DNA of 64,000 bases from a virus. Made by a program: the position numbers and the translations under genes. Shown here piece after piece: positions 45,148-54,402 of this stretch (positions are counted from its first letter, which is position 1; every line of letters starts with the position of its first letter). Below the pieces are notes generated by a model. That model saw only the letters and a list, made by a program, of their open reading frames with translations. It did no database searches and was not told where the DNA came from. The stretch is from positions 16,882 to 80,881 of IMG/VR virus record IMGVR_UViG_3300005529_000001, one strand, 5' to 3'.

Positions 45148-45621
45148 GGCGAGATCCTACTTCTCGTGACGACGCTTTTTCACAGGCGGGCCGAGGACCT
45201 CTCTCCGGCCTATCGCTGATGAATCACTGGTCCAGGGCTGCCACATCATGTGGACAACAGCGTTAACGAGACCGACGATGACACCGAACCTGGGCATAAC
45301 ACCGCTCGTCTCGGGGTACCAGATGACCAGGGTGCCCGGAGCGAGGGGACCTTCAAGGCTGATGTGGCGTCGGTCGGAAAACAACCCGTCGGACAACCGG
45401 TGGGTCGCGAAGTCCATCTCAGTTGACCTGATAAAGATCGGCAGAGGGAACCCAACCAAACTGGGTACGGGACGTCAGCAACATCACGTAACCGTGGCTT
45501 GCAGCGACAACAAGGACCATGTCATTGGGCATGACCCTGCCACAACGAAAGGCGTCAGCATCCAGGCTGGAGAAAAGCTGCCGCGAGAACTTGTGGGTAT
45601 AGACGGCCAAGTCCCCGGGTT

Positions 45622-46266
45622 TCAGACCGGGTCCTGTTCCTGCTTGCGCATCCATTCAGCGATCTCGTGTTGGATGTCCCAGTAAGCTCGCGAAGCCTCA
45701 CGGTAACGCTCCACCAGCGACGGAGGGAGCGGGACGGAGTGCTTGTAGAGCAAGGATGCCGACGAGCCCGCCGCCGCTTCGGGCGGCGGGCGCGGCACCG
45801 GGTCTTCGATCCCATAGACCGGGAACTGCTCCGACTCGCTGACGTAGTACCGTGGCAACCCGCTGCGGACCGCCCGTGCGCGCTCGCGGTTCACTGTCTC
45901 CCGACGTTCCAGGTTCTTGGCGACGTTGCCGTTACGCTCGCGGCGGCCCTGCCGGACCCAGCCGACGGTCGCGTCAGAGGCACGGGCCATCGCCTCGTCT
46001 CGCTCGGCATCGGTGAGGTAGCCGCCCGACGTCGAGAACTCCCCGACGTAGCAACGGGGCTTGACCAGCATGTGGTAGACGACGACCCGGCTGGGATGGA
46101 TGCCTGTCGCGTGGAACCACCGCTGGGTCATGTCATCGCAACCCGGTCCATCGCCGACGACGAAGCTGTAACCGCACTCAGCGGCCTGCACCAGCTTGGG
46201 AACGTAGTGCTCGGTGAACTCCTCGGGGGTCAGGTCGAGGTGACCCGTCACCATCACTGTCTTCAT
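45622..46266 (-). CDS. SLOG/DprA-like Rossmann-fold protein
   Basis: start MKTVMVTGHLDLTPEEF (inside ORF 45622..46380) resembles the MxVxVTGHR start of SLOG/YpsA/DprA-like families. Confidence 0.35.
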   Translation of the reverse strand: MKTVMVTGHLDLTPEEFTEHYVPKLVQAAECGYSFVVGDGPGCDDMTQRWFHATGIHPSRVVVYHMLVKPRCYVGEFSTSGGYLTDAERDEAMARASDATVGWVRQGRRERNGNVAKNLERRETVNRERARAVRSGLPRYYVSESEQFPVYGIEDPVPRPPPEAAAGSSASLLYKHSVPLPPSLVERYREASRAYWDIQHEIAEWMRKQEQDPV

Positions 46267-46422
46267 GGCTCTCTCTCCTCCTTCTCCTTGTCTGGGTGGA
46301 AGCGGCAGAGGACGTTGTGGGTGCCGAAGCCCGCGGCGGCACCGCAGCACCGGCAGGTCCAGCAGTTGGCATAGACGCACCAGGCGTCCCAGGGCGGTTC
46401 GGGCACCCGGGTGTGGTCGTCG

Positions 46423-46810
46423 CTAGTAGTCCAGCTTGGTTGGCTCACTGGGAGCCCCCTCCTGTTGGTCGCCGTGGAGCAGCCAGCGACCCAAGCGCTG
46501 CAGCTGGGCCCAGGCGAAGGAAACGAGCACCCCGGCGAAGAACACCGGCGAGTAGGACACCGCCATCGCTCGCTTGCGCCAGCCCCAGCCCTTGGCACGC
46601 CGCCAGCCGACCCCGGGATCGAGAGCGATGCCCGAGAAGGCATAGCTGATGAAACTGATGATGAAAGCGAAGACGCAGGGCATCACCCAGCTGGGACCAC
46701 GGTGGAGCTGGGCCAGGCGGACCGCGACGAACAGCGGGGTGCCCAGGCACGCGAACGGGCCCGCGGCGACGCCGAACAGGAAGACGAAGCGTCTCCAGAT
46801 GGGTTCCATC
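46423..46810 (-). CDS. membrane protein
   Basis: start MEPIWRRF, 3-4 TM helices. Confidence 0.35.
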
Positions 46811-47177
46811 ACTCGACCCCCGGGTCGCCGGTGGCGATCCAGCAGACCAGCCGCCACAGCAGCTTGCCGGCACCGGCAACAGCTTGGACAACGAAGACGA
46901 TGGGCGCCCAAGAAGCCAGCAGCCACCTCTGCCGGAGAGAGCGGCCCTCAGACTCGCTCCAGAGCCAGACGCGCTCGGTGGAGCCGAGGATGCCGACGAT
47001 GAAAGAGAGGGCTGACCAGACAAAGAAGCACGCCGCGTAGACGCCGGCGGGGGATTGGCGATGGTCCTGAGCGAACACCCACGAACCGACCAACAACAGG
47101 CCGGGACCGCAAAAGAGCGACAGGACAAAGAACAACCGCTTGAGCGCGTTGTCACGAGCGATGACGGTGCCGCTCAT
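46809..47177 (-). CDS. membrane protein
   Basis: start MSGTVIARDN, 3 TM helices. Confidence 0.35.
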   Translation of the reverse strand: MSGTVIARDNALKRLFFVLSLFCGPGLLLVGSWVFAQDHRQSPAGVYAACFFVWSALSFIVGILGSTERVWLWSESEGRSLRQRWLLASWAPIVFVVQAVAGAGKLLWRLVCWIATGDPGVE

Positions 47178-47392
47178 CGCACCACCAGGACGTCGATGCG
47201 CTTGCCGTTCTCGGGATCCGACATGTGCTGCTTGCCGTGGTACTCGCACAGGAACCGCCGGCGACCCTCGGTGAGCTCCTCAGCCTCGGCGAGGCGGACG
47301 TCAGCGAGGCGGTACGAGTGATCGGGCCCGGTGACGACGACCTCAGCGTCGGGGCACTGGAGGCACAGCTTGGCGAGGTCTTTCGCTCTCAT
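47174..47392 (-). CDS. hypothetical protein
   Basis: 72 aa. Confidence 0.3.
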   Translation of the reverse strand: MRAKDLAKLCLQCPDAEVVVTGPDHSYRLADVRLAEAEELTEGRRRFLCEYHGKQHMSDPENGKRIDVLVVR

Positions 47393-47424
47393 GGGTACAT
47401 CCTACCACAGGGCGCGCCAGACTT

Positions 47425-47826
47425 TCACCGGTAACGGGGCCCCAGCACGAACAGGGTCTCGAAGCCATCGTGAGAGACCTGTTCGAACGGAAACAGGCTG
47501 GGCACGTCGCCCCAACGGGTGCTGTCGTTGTGCCACAGCTGGACGCCACGCCTTGACTCGACCCACCAGTTGTGAGGAGAGGCACCCATCCAGCGATGGA
47601 GGGGTTGCCCTGCCCTGAGGGCCCTGAGGGCCCAGGGACCGACGTGGGCCCGGAGCTTCAGCAAGTCAAACTCGATGCCGGCGGGGGTCTGGCGCATCCG
47701 TGCCTCAGCACGGGCGAGGTCCTCCCGGAGGTGGCGGGCCCTACGTGCGGTTTCCATGTGACTCACCTGTGATAGCAGAGGAGGGCGATGAGCGTCGCGG
47801 CGATGAAGGCCAGGCCGAGCGGCCAC
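47425..47826 (-). CDS. hypothetical protein
   Basis: 133 aa. Confidence 0.3.
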   Translation of the reverse strand: MAARPGLHRRDAHRPPLLSQVSHMETARRARHLREDLARAEARMRQTPAGIEFDLLKLRAHVGPWALRALRAGQPLHRWMGASPHNWWVESRRGVQLWHNDSTRWGDVPSLFPFEQVSHDGFETLFVLGPRYR

Positions 47827-47929
47827 GGCCGGGCACGGACGTAGAGGGAGCTGCGCCGCGGCGAGCTCAACATGCTGCGACGCCGCGCGGTCCCGTCAGG
47901 GAGGACCTGCTTGAAGGAGTGACCCATGG

Positions 47930-48187
47930 GAGCACTGTAACACGGGGGCGGCGCACCGTTTCACTGCCGGGGCTGACCGCGGTGTGGCGCATCACCAGGG
48001 GGACCAAATTCGAGCGTGAAATGTCCCGGGATTTTTGTGTGCGATCTAAGCGGGGGCCTCCCCGGCAATGGCCTGCAAAGGTTGCCAGGGGGCCGGGGGG
48101 CCATGGGGCCCGCTCGACCCCATCTTGGGGCCAGGCCCCTAGGCCTTCTGTGGGCCTTCTACGGGGCCCCCTGCCGCCCCGGCCCGT
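47930..48187. repeat. 260-bp G/C-tract-rich intergenic region
   Basis: repeated GGGGCC / GGCCC / GGGGG runs (gggggcctccccggc, gggggccggggggccatggggccc, ttggggccaggcccctaggcc, acggggccccctgccgccccggccc); unusually long non-coding gap. Confidence 0.4.
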
Positions 48188-48415
48188 TCAACCGTGATCG
48201 CGGACAGCTCTGACGAACGCGCCCGGCACCAGGTCGACGTTGACCCAGTTGGCGCGCTGGCACGTCGGGCAGCGCCAGGTGATCGCGTCGCCGTCGCGGC
48301 AGTCGGGCTCGAGCCTGCAATCGCTGGGCTCCAGCTCGACGACTGCCTCGCAGGTGCTGTCCTGGCACGTCTGCTGGATCGCTCCCGCTTGCTTCCCTGC
48401 CATGATGATCTTCAT
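48188..48415 (-). CDS. Cys-rich zinc-finger protein
   Basis: 75 aa with 8 Cys. Confidence 0.35.
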   Translation of the reverse strand: MKIIMAGKQAGAIQQTCQDSTCEAVVELEPSDCRLEPDCRDGDAITWRCPTCQRANWVNVDLVPGAFVRAVRDHG

Positions 48416-48448
48416 GAAATTGACTCTACACCCGTTCTTCCATCGGGT

Positions 48449-48667
48449 TCACTCGCCAGCGACGAAGTACGTCGGTTGCCCGGCGAGCCAACGCAGCAGC
48501 GTCAGCCACAGCGACTCCCTGACGAACGTCCGCATGCATGGACGACACATCGCGAGGCTCGGGTGGATCCCCCAGGCGTGCGGTGGGAAGACAGTCTGCG
48601 ACATCTGGAGCTCCGCGTCGCAGCAGGTGCAGGCGTACTTCGGGAGGGCGTCCATCAGTGACAGCAA
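48449..48667 (-). CDS. Cys-rich zinc-finger protein
   Basis: CTCCD...CRPC. Confidence 0.35.
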   Translation of the reverse strand: MLSLMDALPKYACTCCDAELQMSQTVFPPHAWGIHPSLAMCRPCMRTFVRESLWLTLLRWLAGQPTYFVAGE

Positions 48668-48807
48668 CGCAGCGCGAGGAGGACCCCGACGCCGGCTGCG
48701 AGGTAGAAGTAACCCATCCCGACGAAGACCTCGACCGTCTTGGTCGACGGGACCCGCCGGATGTACGCGTCCCAGATGCTGTGCTGCTCGTCCATGAGCT
48801 GACCCTA

Positions 48808-49323
48808 TCAGGCGACGTCGGCCTCTTTCATCTGGTCCTTCCAGGCGTCCCAGTCGAAGTCGCTGTCGTCTCCCGCTGCCATGATGCGAGCCACGCTCGC
48901 CCAGCTCCCCGCAGGCGGCTGCGTCACGTCGTGGTCCTCGAACGCAGCCTTGCGAGCCTCCCGCACGTCCTCGTCAGCGTTGACCTGGGCGAGGCGCTCG
49001 GCTGACAGCGTGGTGACGGGCGCCGAGAACGCCTCTCGCTGCTTGCTGTTGGCGATGTCGCACAGCTGGCGGTGGTACTGCATCGCGATCGTCCGGGCGT
49101 TCTGGAGGTGGAAGCCCGTCAGCTGGCGGCCGCTCTTGACCCAGCGGGCGTAGTAGCTGCCCTTGCTGGCGTGGTTGCTGCGGAAGCCGACCGAGTTGTC
49201 GTGCCGCGTGTGGGAGGTCGCCTTCTCGTCGGCGGTCTGGCGCTCGTAGATCGCCACGATGGCACGCTCGACCGCGCGGGGATTCGTCTGGAGCATCTGC
49301 TGGATCCGCTCTTTGTTCCACAT
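48808..49323 (-). CDS. hypothetical protein
   Basis: start MWNKERIQQ; upstream 250 codons of ORF 48808..50061 are Arg/Ser/Pro-rich and rejected. Confidence 0.4.
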   Translation of the reverse strand: MWNKERIQQMLQTNPRAVERAIVAIYERQTADEKATSHTRHDNSVGFRSNHASKGSYYARWVKSGRQLTGFHLQNARTIAMQYHRQLCDIANSKQREAFSAPVTTLSAERLAQVNADEDVREARKAAFEDHDVTQPPAGSWASVARIMAAGDDSDFDWDAWKDQMKEADVA

Positions 49324-49400
49324 GAGCCCAGTATAACACGCGTCGCCCGAGACCTTCACAGTCCCGAGCGATTCGTTGCTATTTTGTCCGGATGGGCCCG

Positions 49401-49664
49401 TTACCGCAGCATCGACGGGAAGACCCACGAGGAGACTTCCAGGGCGTACCCCAGGGCGTCGACCTCGTGGGGCTTGGAGGTGTCGTGGGGGCCCTTGAAG
49501 GCCACCCCGACGCGGATCACCGAGTCTTTCCCGACCTCGACCGCAAGGACCTTGCACGGCTGGTGCTGGCGGGGGCGGTGGGCGTCCGCCGCGACGATGT
49601 CCTTGAGCTCGTAGACGCTGCCGACGACGAGCTCGCACTGGCCGAAGAGTTTGGACCTTGACAT
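49401..49664 (-). CDS. hypothetical protein
   Basis: 87 aa, preceded by recurrent motif. Confidence 0.4.
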   Translation of the reverse strand: MSRSKLFGQCELVVGSVYELKDIVAADAHRPRQHQPCKVLAVEVGKDSVIRVGVAFKGPHDTSKPHEVDALGYALEVSSWVFPSMLR

Positions 49665-49674
49665 GGGTCGACTC

Positions 49675-49703
49675 TACCAGGATCTGCGATCGTCTTTCAC
49701 CCA
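49675..49703 (-). promoter_or_regulatory. recurrent promoter-like motif
   Basis: ctctaccaggatctgcgatcgtctttcac immediately upstream of ATG at 49664. Confidence 0.5.
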
Positions 49704-49891
49704 TTGTCCGGGAATGGATGGTAGTTGGTGGGGACGCGTCCCCTGTCGTCGACGGCGTTGAGCGCCTCGACGAGGGCGGTGATGGCTGGGTTCGACATGC
49801 CGTCGGTGTTGATGCCGTCGTTGTCCTCGACCCGACGGATGAAGGTCTGTAGCTCCTGCAGCTGAGCGTGAGTGAAGGTGATGGTTGCCAT
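49697..49891 (-). CDS. hypothetical protein
   Basis: 64 aa. Confidence 0.35.
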   Translation of the reverse strand: MATITFTHAQLQELQTFIRRVEDNDGINTDGMSNPAITALVEALNAVDDRGRVPTNYHPFPDNG

Positions 49892-49921
49892 GATGGCAAC
49901 CTACCACTTTCGTCCGTGACC

Positions 49922-50224
49922 TTACACCGGGAGGCGGTCGTTGTAGGTGATGCTGTCCGCCTCATGGAGCGTCCAGTAGAGGTCCCAGTCGGCGTCCTCC
50001 AGGTTACGCCAGTCCTGGATCCCCGGGTCCCAGACCGCCCATGAGATGAAGCTGATCTCATAGCAGGAGGAGAGCAACCGCGTGCCGTCGGGGGAGAGCG
50101 AGAGGGTGTGGTAGCCTTCCTCGACCTTGTTCTGTTCCTCCGATTCCATGACGTCGTCCGTCAGGCAACCGGGGAAGAGCCGCGCTGCTTGGTCCGGGGT
50201 GAGGCGCTTGAGGGTGATGTCCAT
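49922..50224 (-). CDS. hypothetical protein
   Basis: 100 aa. Confidence 0.4.
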   Translation of the reverse strand: MDITLKRLTPDQAARLFPGCLTDDVMESEEQNKVEEGYHTLSLSPDGTRLLSSCYEISFISWAVWDPGIQDWRNLEDADWDLYWTLHEADSITYNDRLPV

Positions 50225-50287
50225 GACAGCATCCTAACACGCGCGTGCCCGACCTTTCACAGATCGGGCACGAGTTTTGTTGGTCAG

Positions 50288-50462
50288 TGGTTGTCGTTGG
50301 TCCGGACCCCGATGTACGGTCCCCAGTCGTCTTGGTACTCGGAACGTGGGATGAGTTCGATGTCAAACGCGACGGACGGGTCGGTGTCCATGGACAGTTC
50401 CTTGTCACCGTGACCCTCGGACACGAGGGCGTCAACCATCTCCTTCAGGTCGTTCAGTGTCA
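50288..50462 (-). CDS. small acidic protein (58 aa)
   Basis: manual translation MTLNDLKEMVDALVSEGHGDKELSMD...; preceded by motif. Confidence 0.3.
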
Positions 50463-50737
50463 TGAACCGAATCTACCACGAGTCGTTGCCTGTTTTCACC
50501 GAAAGACGCGCGGACCTGTCGCACCCAGTCCTGGGCATCGTAGAGACCGGCTTGCGCAGCGAGCCCATCGAGCTCATCAAGCTGGTCCTGGAGTGACTTC
50601 TGCGACTGCGGCTTGGTCCCCATCAGCTTCCTCCGGCGCTTTTCTCGACGGTCACCGAGCCGTTCGAGGGAGAGCCCTATCACGAAGATGGCAACGAACA
50701 TGACGATAACGCCGTGGAAGAAGCACGTCTCGTCCAT
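50432..50737 (-). CDS. N-terminally anchored protein
   Basis: 101 aa. Confidence 0.35.
   Translation of the reverse strand: MDETCFFHGVIVMFVAIFVIGLSLERLGDRREKRRRKLMGTKPQSQKSLQDQLDELDGLAAQAGLYDAQDWVRQVRASFGENRQRLVVDSVHDTERPEGDG
50471..50497 (-). promoter_or_regulatory. recurrent promoter-like motif
   Basis: tctaccacgagtcgttgcctgttttcac. Confidence 0.45.
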
Positions 50738-50769
50738 GTCCCGATCCTACCTCAGCTCATCAGCGACTT

Positions 50770-50961
50770 TCACCCGAGACGTGCTTCGACGACCTTGCTC
50801 TGGACGACAACGCAGCTGACGCGGTCAGCGACGCTGTCTGCGGGCCAGCCGAGCATCGGCTCGCCGTCGACCGAGACGAGCCGGAAGATCATGTTCTTTG
50901 CTTCGGCGAGGTTCTGGGCGCCCTTCTTGCTGAGGCCGATGAAGTCGGCTGCGCCGCTCAT
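50770..50961 (-). CDS. hypothetical small protein
   Basis: start MSGAADFIG. Confidence 0.3.
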   Translation of the reverse strand: MSGAADFIGLSKKGAQNLAEAKNMIFRLVSVDGEPMLGWPADSVADRVSCVVVQSKVVEARLG

Positions 50962-51155
50962 CGCGGGCCCGCCCGGAGACCCGCGGCCTCCTGGATGTCG
51001 AGGCGCATCAGCCTGCACTCGTCTGCCGCAGTCACCAGCGCGTCTTGTTGGAGCTTGACCTGCGACGTCAGCTGCTCGATCTTGTCAGCTGCGTCGTTGT
51101 GGTTGAAGAGGCGGAGCTCTGCGATGAGCTGCTCGGTGGTCTTGCGCTTTGCCAT
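50958..51155 (-). CDS. coiled-coil small protein
   Basis: 65 aa. Confidence 0.35.
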   Translation of the reverse strand: MAKRKTTEQLIAELRLFNHNDAADKIEQLTSQVKLQQDALVTAADECRLMRLDIQEAAGLRAGPR

Positions 51156-51160
51156 GGTCT

Positions 51161-51189
51161 CACTCTACCTGGATCTGCGGGTGATTTTC
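51161..51189 (-). promoter_or_regulatory. recurrent promoter-like motif
   Basis: ctctacctggatctgcgggtgattttcac. Confidence 0.5.
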
Positions 51190-51240
51190 ACCGAGCACCC
51201 GCGTCGGGGACACATCCAACCCGTCTTGAGCCTGATCTTC

Positions 51241-51414
51241 ATCGGTCGTCTCCACGCAGACGATACCCGTCCGCTCTGAGCGTTGCCTCGACGAGGCGTG
51301 AGCGCGGTGTCTCGAACGAGAACACGAAGCCCTGGGCTTCACGGACCTCCCGCTCGGCGATCGTCTCGAGCATCGTCTTCTTGTTGTCAACGGCGAGCGG
51401 GGAGCGCGGCATGT
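51241..51414 (-). CDS. small protein (57 aa)
   Basis: manual translation MPRSPLAVDNKKTMLETIAEREV... Confidence 0.25.
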
Positions 51415-51427
51415 CCAGACTCTACCC

Positions 51428-51664
51428 TCAGTAGCACGCCTGTTTCACCGAGGCCATGAAGCCCTGGGCGAAGAGCTGCTCCTCTTTCACGTCACGTGCT
51501 CCCGCTTCGGCCTTGAGCATGAAAGCGGTGGGCGAGTCACCCGGGATGCCGAAGAACTCGGTGTCCAGGAAACGGTGCCGCAACGCGGCGATGCAACGCT
51601 CGGCGTTGCGCTTCGCCTCAGCCGGGCTGAACGGGTGGTCGATCATGATGATGTCCTGCACCAT
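51428..51664 (-). CDS. hypothetical protein
   Basis: 78 aa. Confidence 0.35.
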   Translation of the reverse strand: MVQDIIMIDHPFSPAEAKRNAERCIAALRHRFLDTEFFGIPGDSPTAFMLKAEAGARDVKEEQLFAQGFMASVKQACY

Positions 51665-51696
51665 GATCGAATCCTACCTCGTTCTCGCCTGACCTT

Positions 51697-52125
51697 TCAC
51701 TGCTTCAGGCCGAAGCCCTCGGTGACACCACGTGCTCGCCGGGCAGCTGCCGTCAGGTAGACGGTGTAGACGCGGCGCTCGTGGGCCTGGTAGGTGACGT
51801 ACTGCAGGTCGTCGGCGATGCTCCAGTAGACGTCGCTCTTCACCTTGTTCTCGTCCTCGACGAAGTCGGCCTCGCACTTCTGCCCATCGCCCGTCATCGC
51901 AGCGTGGGCCTGCACCTGCTTGAGGACCCGCTTCACCTGTTTCGGGTTCACCGCCTCGTCGTCGTAGGCGTATCCGGTCTCCGCTTCTGCCTCCTTGCGG
52001 TTCTCCGCGGTGATGCAGTACTTGCCGTTGCAGCCGCAGGCGCAGCCGGGCTTGCCGCTGTACGCCTTGATGATGTCCGAGACGGTGAGGGAAGCGAGGT
52101 GTTGCTTGGCGGTGGTAGCGTCCAT
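51697..52125 (-). CDS. hypothetical Cys-containing protein
   Basis: start MDATTAKQ; CACGCNGKYC. Confidence 0.4.
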   Translation of the reverse strand: MDATTAKQHLASLTVSDIIKAYSGKPGCACGCNGKYCITAENRKEAEAETGYAYDDEAVNPKQVKRVLKQVQAHAAMTGDGQKCEADFVEDENKVKSDVYWSIADDLQYVTYQAHERRVYTVYLTAAARRARGVTEGFGLKQ

Positions 52126-52157
52126 GACCAAACTATACCTCGCTTCCCCGTTGACTT

Positions 52158-52454
52158 TCACCGCCACTCGCAGGTGGCCGCGCGCCCGCCGGTGTACAGG
52201 TCCTGCATCTCTCCACACACCCAGTGACGGGTGGTCTTGGCGACCGCGTGCTGGGGGACGCTGGCGACGATGGTGAACTCGTGGACCTGGATGACCTCGG
52301 GTGCCGCCGGGATGTCGAGGCTGGTGGGAGCCTCCAGCGCCGGGACGGGAACGCTCGGGTCGGCGTGGGAGCCGGTGCCCTGCGAAGCAAGGGCGATGCC
52401 AGTGCCGAGGAAGAGACCGATGACCGCAGCGATGAAGAAGATGTGGAATTTCAT
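52158..52454 (-). CDS. secreted small protein
   Basis: signal peptide MKFHIFFIAAVIGLFLGTGIALA. Confidence 0.4.
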   Translation of the reverse strand: MKFHIFFIAAVIGLFLGTGIALASQGTGSHADPSVPVPALEAPTSLDIPAAPEVIQVHEFTIVASVPQHAVAKTTRHWVCGEMQDLYTGGRAATCEWR

Positions 52455-52483
52455 GGGGTGGTGTCCTTTCCGTTGATGGACTG

Positions 52484-52511
52484 ACTCTACCTCGATCTGC
52501 GCTGATCTTTC
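52484..52511 (-). promoter_or_regulatory. recurrent promoter-like motif
   Basis: ctctacctcgatctgcgctgatctttcac. Confidence 0.5.
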
Positions 52512-52653
52512 ACAGGTTCAGCTCGTCGCTCCCAGTTGTCACTGGGCTCGCGCCGTGGGGCACCAGGCGTACTCGCTCCCGAGCAAGGAGCTTTCGGCCC
52601 AGCGGCTCTTCCCCGCCGGGAGCGACGAGCCGAGCCCGTGAGGGCTCAGGCGT

Positions 52654-52848
52654 TCAGCTGTCGCCGAACATCTTGTCGTTGACGACGAATGACGTGGTCG
52701 CCGCGCACCACAGCAGGCACAGCTGCTCATCCGTCATCGACGGGAAGGCGTTGCGGAGGTCATCGGTGCTCCCACCCGCGTTGTAGAGGATGGTGGCACG
52801 GGCGATGTCATCGCAGTTGGGGCGAGAATCGTAGCTTCCGATGTCCAT
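52654..52848 (-). CDS. hypothetical small protein
   Basis: start MDIGSYD. Confidence 0.3.
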   Translation of the reverse strand: MDIGSYDSRPNCDDIARATILYNAGGSTDDLRNAFPSMTDEQLCLLWCAATTSFVVNDKMFGDS

Positions 52849-52980
52849 GACCTTACTGTACCTCCTTTCCCTTCCGGCTTTCACTGATCTGCGTGAAGAT
52901 GGAGACGACGCCGACACAGATGAAGAAGAGCGCGATGCCAGGGTTCATGACCCCAGTCTATCCTGATCTGCGCTGACCTT

Positions 52981-53235
52981 TCACTCCGTGACGACGTTGC
53001 CGCGCTTGTCGTAGCGGACGACGCTGTCAGCACCCGTCCCGTCCTGCGACGGCTCACCGACGACAGTGGTCTGGGTCACTTCAGACCAACCACCGGTCCC
53101 GTCGGGGACGTCAAGGCGCTGGGTGACCTGGACAGCGTTGCAGTTGTTGCAGACGTGGATGATGAGCCCGCCTCGAGAGCGAAGGGACTCGACCATGGCT
53201 GACCTGGGAAAGCGGTGCTTGGTGCAAGTGTCCAT
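52981..53235 (-). CDS. zinc-ribbon small protein
   Basis: CNNCN plus C-terminal pattern. Confidence 0.35.
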   Translation of the reverse strand: MDTCTKHRFPRSAMVESLRSRGGLIIHVCNNCNAVQVTQRLDVPDGTGGWSEVTQTTVVGEPSQDGTGADSVVRYDKRGNVVTE

Positions 53236-53243
53236 GTCAGCAT

Positions 53244-53271
53244 CCTACCATGATCTGCGTTGGTCTTTCAC
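53244..53271 (-). promoter_or_regulatory. recurrent promoter-like motif
   Basis: cctaccatgatctgcgttggtctttcac. Confidence 0.5.
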
Positions 53272-53522
53272 TCGTCGTCGTACTTCACGTACTCCGCCTT
53301 GATGGCGACGGTGTAGATGATGTGCCCCTTCGGGGCGCCGGTGCCCTTCTGGTCGATGTCCTTGCGCATGGTGAACTCGCACGTGGTGGGCGTTCCGGGG
53401 GCGGTCAGGTCAACCACCGCGTTCGGGTGGGCGTCCAGCGAGTCAATGAACGGGTCCATCGGCGCCGCGAGCTCGCACGCGTCGATCATCGCCTGGGCGA
53501 CCTGTATCAGGTTGGTGTCCAT
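53268..53522 (-). CDS. hypothetical protein
   Basis: 84 aa. Confidence 0.4.
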   Translation of the reverse strand: MDTNLIQVAQAMIDACELAAPMDPFIDSLDAHPNAVVDLTAPGTPTTCEFTMRKDIDQKGTGAPKGHIIYTVAIKAEYVKYDDE

Positions 53523-53530
53523 GGTGTCAG

Positions 53531-53558
53531 TCTACCACGATCTGCGCGGCGCTTTCAC
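53531..53558 (-). promoter_or_regulatory. recurrent promoter-like motif
   Basis: tctaccacgatctgcgcggcgctttcac. Confidence 0.5.
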
Positions 53559-53809
53559 CAAGTGCGGCGCTTCGTGTAAACAGCAAAGACGCCCTCCGTT
53601 GTGACGGACGCCCACACCCGCATCCAACCGTTGGCTTCCATGTCGGAGTCAGACTGTGACGACGTGCCGCTCGGGTAGGGCAACACCCGGGTGACGAAGG
53701 TGTCGCCACCGCGCTTTTGCGCAGCGCTAACGGGTGGGTCGATGTCGACCGAGCGTCCCGTTGTGCGGTCGAGAATGACGGTGTCTTCGGGAGAGAATCT
53801 GTTGTCCAT
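53555..53809 (-). CDS. hypothetical protein
   Basis: 84 aa. Confidence 0.4.
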   Translation of the reverse strand: MDNRFSPEDTVILDRTTGRSVDIDPPVSAAQKRGGDTFVTRVLPYPSGTSSQSDSDMEANGWMRVWASVTTEGVFAVYTKRRTW

Positions 53810-53816
53810 GACAAGA

Positions 53817-53845
53817 CTCTACCAGGATCTGCGCGATCCTTTCAC
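53817..53845 (-). promoter_or_regulatory. recurrent promoter-like motif
   Basis: ctctaccaggatctgcgcgatcctttcac. Confidence 0.5.
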
Positions 53846-54042
53846 CCGTCGACGTAGGCGGTGCCCTCGACCACGCGGGCGTTGATGCCCTTCTGCTTCA
53901 GGAAACGCTGGTACGCTTCGTCTTCCTGTTCGGCGTCGTAGCCGTCGGCGCCCGTGAAGATGCGGTCGTCCCGGGTCATCATCCCCAGCTCGGGGTGCCC
54001 GATGGTCGCATCGTCATACTCGAGCTCGTACTTCTTGGTCAC
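53842..54042 (-). CDS. hypothetical acidic protein
   Basis: 66 aa. Confidence 0.35.
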   Translation of the reverse strand: MTKKYELEYDDATIGHPELGMMTRDDRIFTGADGYDAEQEDEAYQRFLKQKGINARVVEGTAYVDG

Positions 54043-54260
54043 GCTGGCACCGCCTTTCCGGGGATGAGGGTCCGCGTTGCGCGCTTCTGAGAGACGAGAC
54101 CGCTGGCGAAGCCGTCAGCGAACTCGAACGAGGTGTTGCAGAGCCGGTAGTGCGCCTTCCGCAGCGCCAGCTTGAAACCGGGCTTGCGACAGGGGACCAC
54201 CGCGACCCGCCCAGCGTGCGTGCCCTCGAGGACCTCGATCACGTTCCATGTTATGTCCAT
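54039..54260 (-). CDS. hypothetical protein
   Basis: 73 aa. Confidence 0.35.
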   Translation of the reverse strand: MDITWNVIEVLEGTHAGRVAVVPCRKPGFKLALRKAHYRLCNTSFEFADGFASGLVSQKRATRTLIPGKAVPA

Positions 54261-54268
54261 GACTCCAC

Positions 54269-54297
54269 TCTACTCCGATCTGTGCGGTGCTTTCACC
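54269..54297 (-). promoter_or_regulatory. recurrent promoter-like motif
   Basis: ctctactccgatctgtgcggtgctttcac. Confidence 0.5.
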
Positions 54298-54373
54298 GCG
54301 TGGAGAGGAAGCGCTTCCAAGCGACGATGCCGATGAACTCCAACAGCAACCAGCCTGTCAAGACGAGGTAGAG

Positions 54374-54402
54374 CATGTAGCAACTCTACCTTGATCTGCG
54401 TC
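54374..54402 (-). promoter_or_regulatory. recurrent promoter-like motif
   Basis: ctctaccttgatctgcgtcaggctttcac. Confidence 0.5.

Noticed and set aside
46263-47155. Multiple overlapping 120-240-aa ORFs in a 68% GC stretch
   Set aside because: Only the two frames encoding clear multi-TM proteins (46423..46810 and 46809..47177) were kept. The others are Arg/Ala/Pro-rich alternative frames.
48808-50061. 417-aa minus-strand ORF
   Set aside because: The N-terminal about 250 aa are Arg/Ser/Thr/Pro-rich and overlap three well-formed genes (49401..49664, 49697..49891, 49922..50224) in other frames. Only the C-terminal 171 aa (from MWNKERIQQ) were kept.
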